A stretch of DNA of 64,000 nucleotides from Ascidiella aspersa (Eukaryota), in assembly GCA_963924565.1 (NCBI GenBank), contig OZ004612.1:7502001-7566000 (forward strand). The letters are read 5' to 3'. Numbering within the stretch: the first letter of the stretch is position 1; every line of letters begins with the position of its first letter. A model generated the notes under the pieces. That model was not told the origin of the DNA. It searched no databases and saw only the letters and a list, made by a program, of their open reading frames with translations. A program made the translations under genes and the position numbers. Shown piece by piece: positions 61,801 through 64,000 of this stretch.

Positions 61801-64000
61801 GTGTCGGCTAATTGTTTGCAGGCCGCGCAAAACGGGAAAATCGGTTATAATAGACACGCTGCATTCGCGCCACGCGCAAATCGCCACTGTTTGGCTGACG
61901 AATGGCCCGAAAAAAACAAGCTAACTTTCTATGACACTGTAGGGCTCAGGCTTATAAATAGGAGAGCCCGGTGTGCCTACTAAAAAACTGTTACAAAATT
62001 TAGGCGGCAACGCGTCACTTATATAAACGGTTTGAGCCCACGTCAGTGCTCTAACACGTTTCACACACAACGGATTTTTAGCCTATATGTTGCTTTTTTG
62101 CGGGTCGCGCTGCATAGTTGATGCTCGTTTTAAATGAAAGGCCATTCGGTCGCCGTACAGTACGTCACAAATGGACGGTCACCACGATAATGCGCGAGTT
62201 TATTTAGTCGTGATTGCTGTGCGGTTGAAACCGGGTTGAGAGTTAATTGCAAAAAACGCGATATTTCTTAGTGTAGTCTAAATACGCAATGACAGCGATT
62301 ACTAAGTTCACTCTGTCTAGTAAATCTGATGCAAACCCTGTGTTTATTTGGCCACAACAATCTGGAAATCGAAATTACGCCAAGTACAGACAAGCCAAAT
62401 AAATAATCCTCTGTTAGCAAAAAATTAAAACACATGAAACAAACATAACATGTTGTATTAGACTTTATATTCCTAAACAGTATAAATAAGCATTTGATTT
62501 TAAGCGACACGTGAAACATGAAATACCTATATTGCGTTTCGACGGGTCGTTTCGCCTATTGGGTTTATTAGTTTTACTGTATAATTACGACAACAATAGG
62601 TACGCAAAGTTTTACACCGTTTGCAGTACAAAAAATTTATCTGACGTTAAAGTCGTATATTGATATTAACTTTTGTCTGCTAAGCTTCTATTGTGAAGCA
62701 AATTGTTCCTAATAAACAAGTTTCACATTTTACACTTTTAAGCAGAATCAAGCGGAATATTACCTAACGAAATAATTCTATTCATTTATAATTCGTGGAA
62801 ACATAAATAAATAACTTGCAAAACAAGCATACTTAGTTTCCGATCTTAAAAACACAATATTAACGATATCCGCCGATTAAAACCATAAAAGCTCAATCAC
62901 CTCTGCAACTAAATTCGCCCAAAAGCAGCAACAACATTTCCTGTCGATAGACTGCAACGCATAGCCTCTCTCCTCAAACTGGCAAGACAAGAAGGGCGCT
63001 GTGTGGCCTGTGCTGGAAGTCGACTTACAACCCGCCGAATTGCGCCTCCGCGATCTATAAATGTACCCATCCGACACCTGATAGATGACGGCCTCGCCCG
63101 CTCAAGTAAGAGCCTCATTAGCACAAGCAGGAGCATCAGCTAACGAGCCCCGGTATTTCGATCGACGCTTCTTCGTAGCTAAGCCTGGAAAAAACACGCC
63201 GGTTTTTCCTCCCCAGGCGCTAGAATTCCAATCTCAATCTACGAGCGGGGACTTTTGCCGATTCCAAATGGCACACCCCATGTTGCTTGTACACACACCC
63301 GCGCGTAAGCTCGTTAAGGGAGAGGCGCCCTACTCTCGGCTGTTCCTATATGTGCGCGCCCTACTGCTATCCTCCCTGCTGTAGTACACGCGCCCGCTGT
63401 GTTGTATTTTTTTGTCACGCAGTTGTCGCTGCATTAATCACGCTTATAAAAAGACGAGCCGCCCAGCAAGGCAGCAGGCGTGCAACGGGGCTCGGGCACT
63501 ATAATCGGCGGTAGCTAACAGCACTGCATCGCTTCTGGCCTGTTTGCTGTGAAGAGGGGGACAAAACTAGAGGGGAATCACGGCAGATAGCCGAAAAATA
63601 GGCGGGAAACGTGGCTGATACACCTGGGTTGGCCATGACCTCGCGAGTTTGTTTTTTGCGCGCTCGCAACTCTGGATGTGGATAATCGGAAAAGCCGGGA
63701 TCACGCGTTCGGCTTCGGCTATGATTGGTGACAGTTTCAAAACTATAGCGCCAAAAACCGTTATTTTTTTAACGTTTACGGGAAAATGCCACAGACGCGG
63801 GTTTCCGAAGTTTGCTTTTGACACAAAATTGTGAGCTGATATATTATTGTCTGCCTGGTGCATGGTTTTATTTTTTTAAATACGCAAAATCATCAGTTTT
63901 AAGAAGCGAAATAAAATTAGGACGATTGATTTACTATTTTTACGACTTGATATAACGGCCACTGAAAACAACATAGGTACATTATGTGTCAATTCTGTTC

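Noticed and set aside
1-64000. Non-canonical splice sites, alternative genetic code, tRNA/rRNA or SL RNA genes
   Set aside because: All modelled introns are GT-AG, the standard code gives conserved motifs, and no RNA gene was recognisable by eye.

Overview
Eukaryotic genomic DNA from an invertebrate metazoan (plausibly a tunicate, but this cannot be proven from the window), with AT-rich GT-AG introns. From left to right it contains five main regions. (1) An SLC38A10-like amino-acid transporter whose transmembrane core lies in one 2.36 kb exon. (2) A cluster of small heat-shock protein (HSP20/alpha-crystallin) genes: an intact divergent pair with HSE/TATA promoters, an internally deleted copy, a tandemly duplicated second unit from which all promoters were deleted, and a more divergent intact sHSP. 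In the second unit the deletion leaves a 220-bp-arm inverted repeat of sHSP coding sequence. (3) A 7-exon Aven gene directly behind the last sHSP. (4) An uncharacterised spliced gene with repeats resembling ciliary microtubule inner proteins. (5) A ~30 kb minus-strand Ets1/2-subfamily transcription factor gene with 9 predicted coding exons (~1077 aa), no visible Pointed domain and a long Q/S-rich C-terminal extension. Several hAT-type MITEs and small tandem repeats are also present. The most interesting candidates are a natural hairpin-RNA locus against the sHSP family, a possible sHSP-Aven operon junction, a dense YCAY (Nova-type) intronic tract, and intronic ETS-CRE composite sites in the Ets gene. 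All gene models and counts were made by hand.
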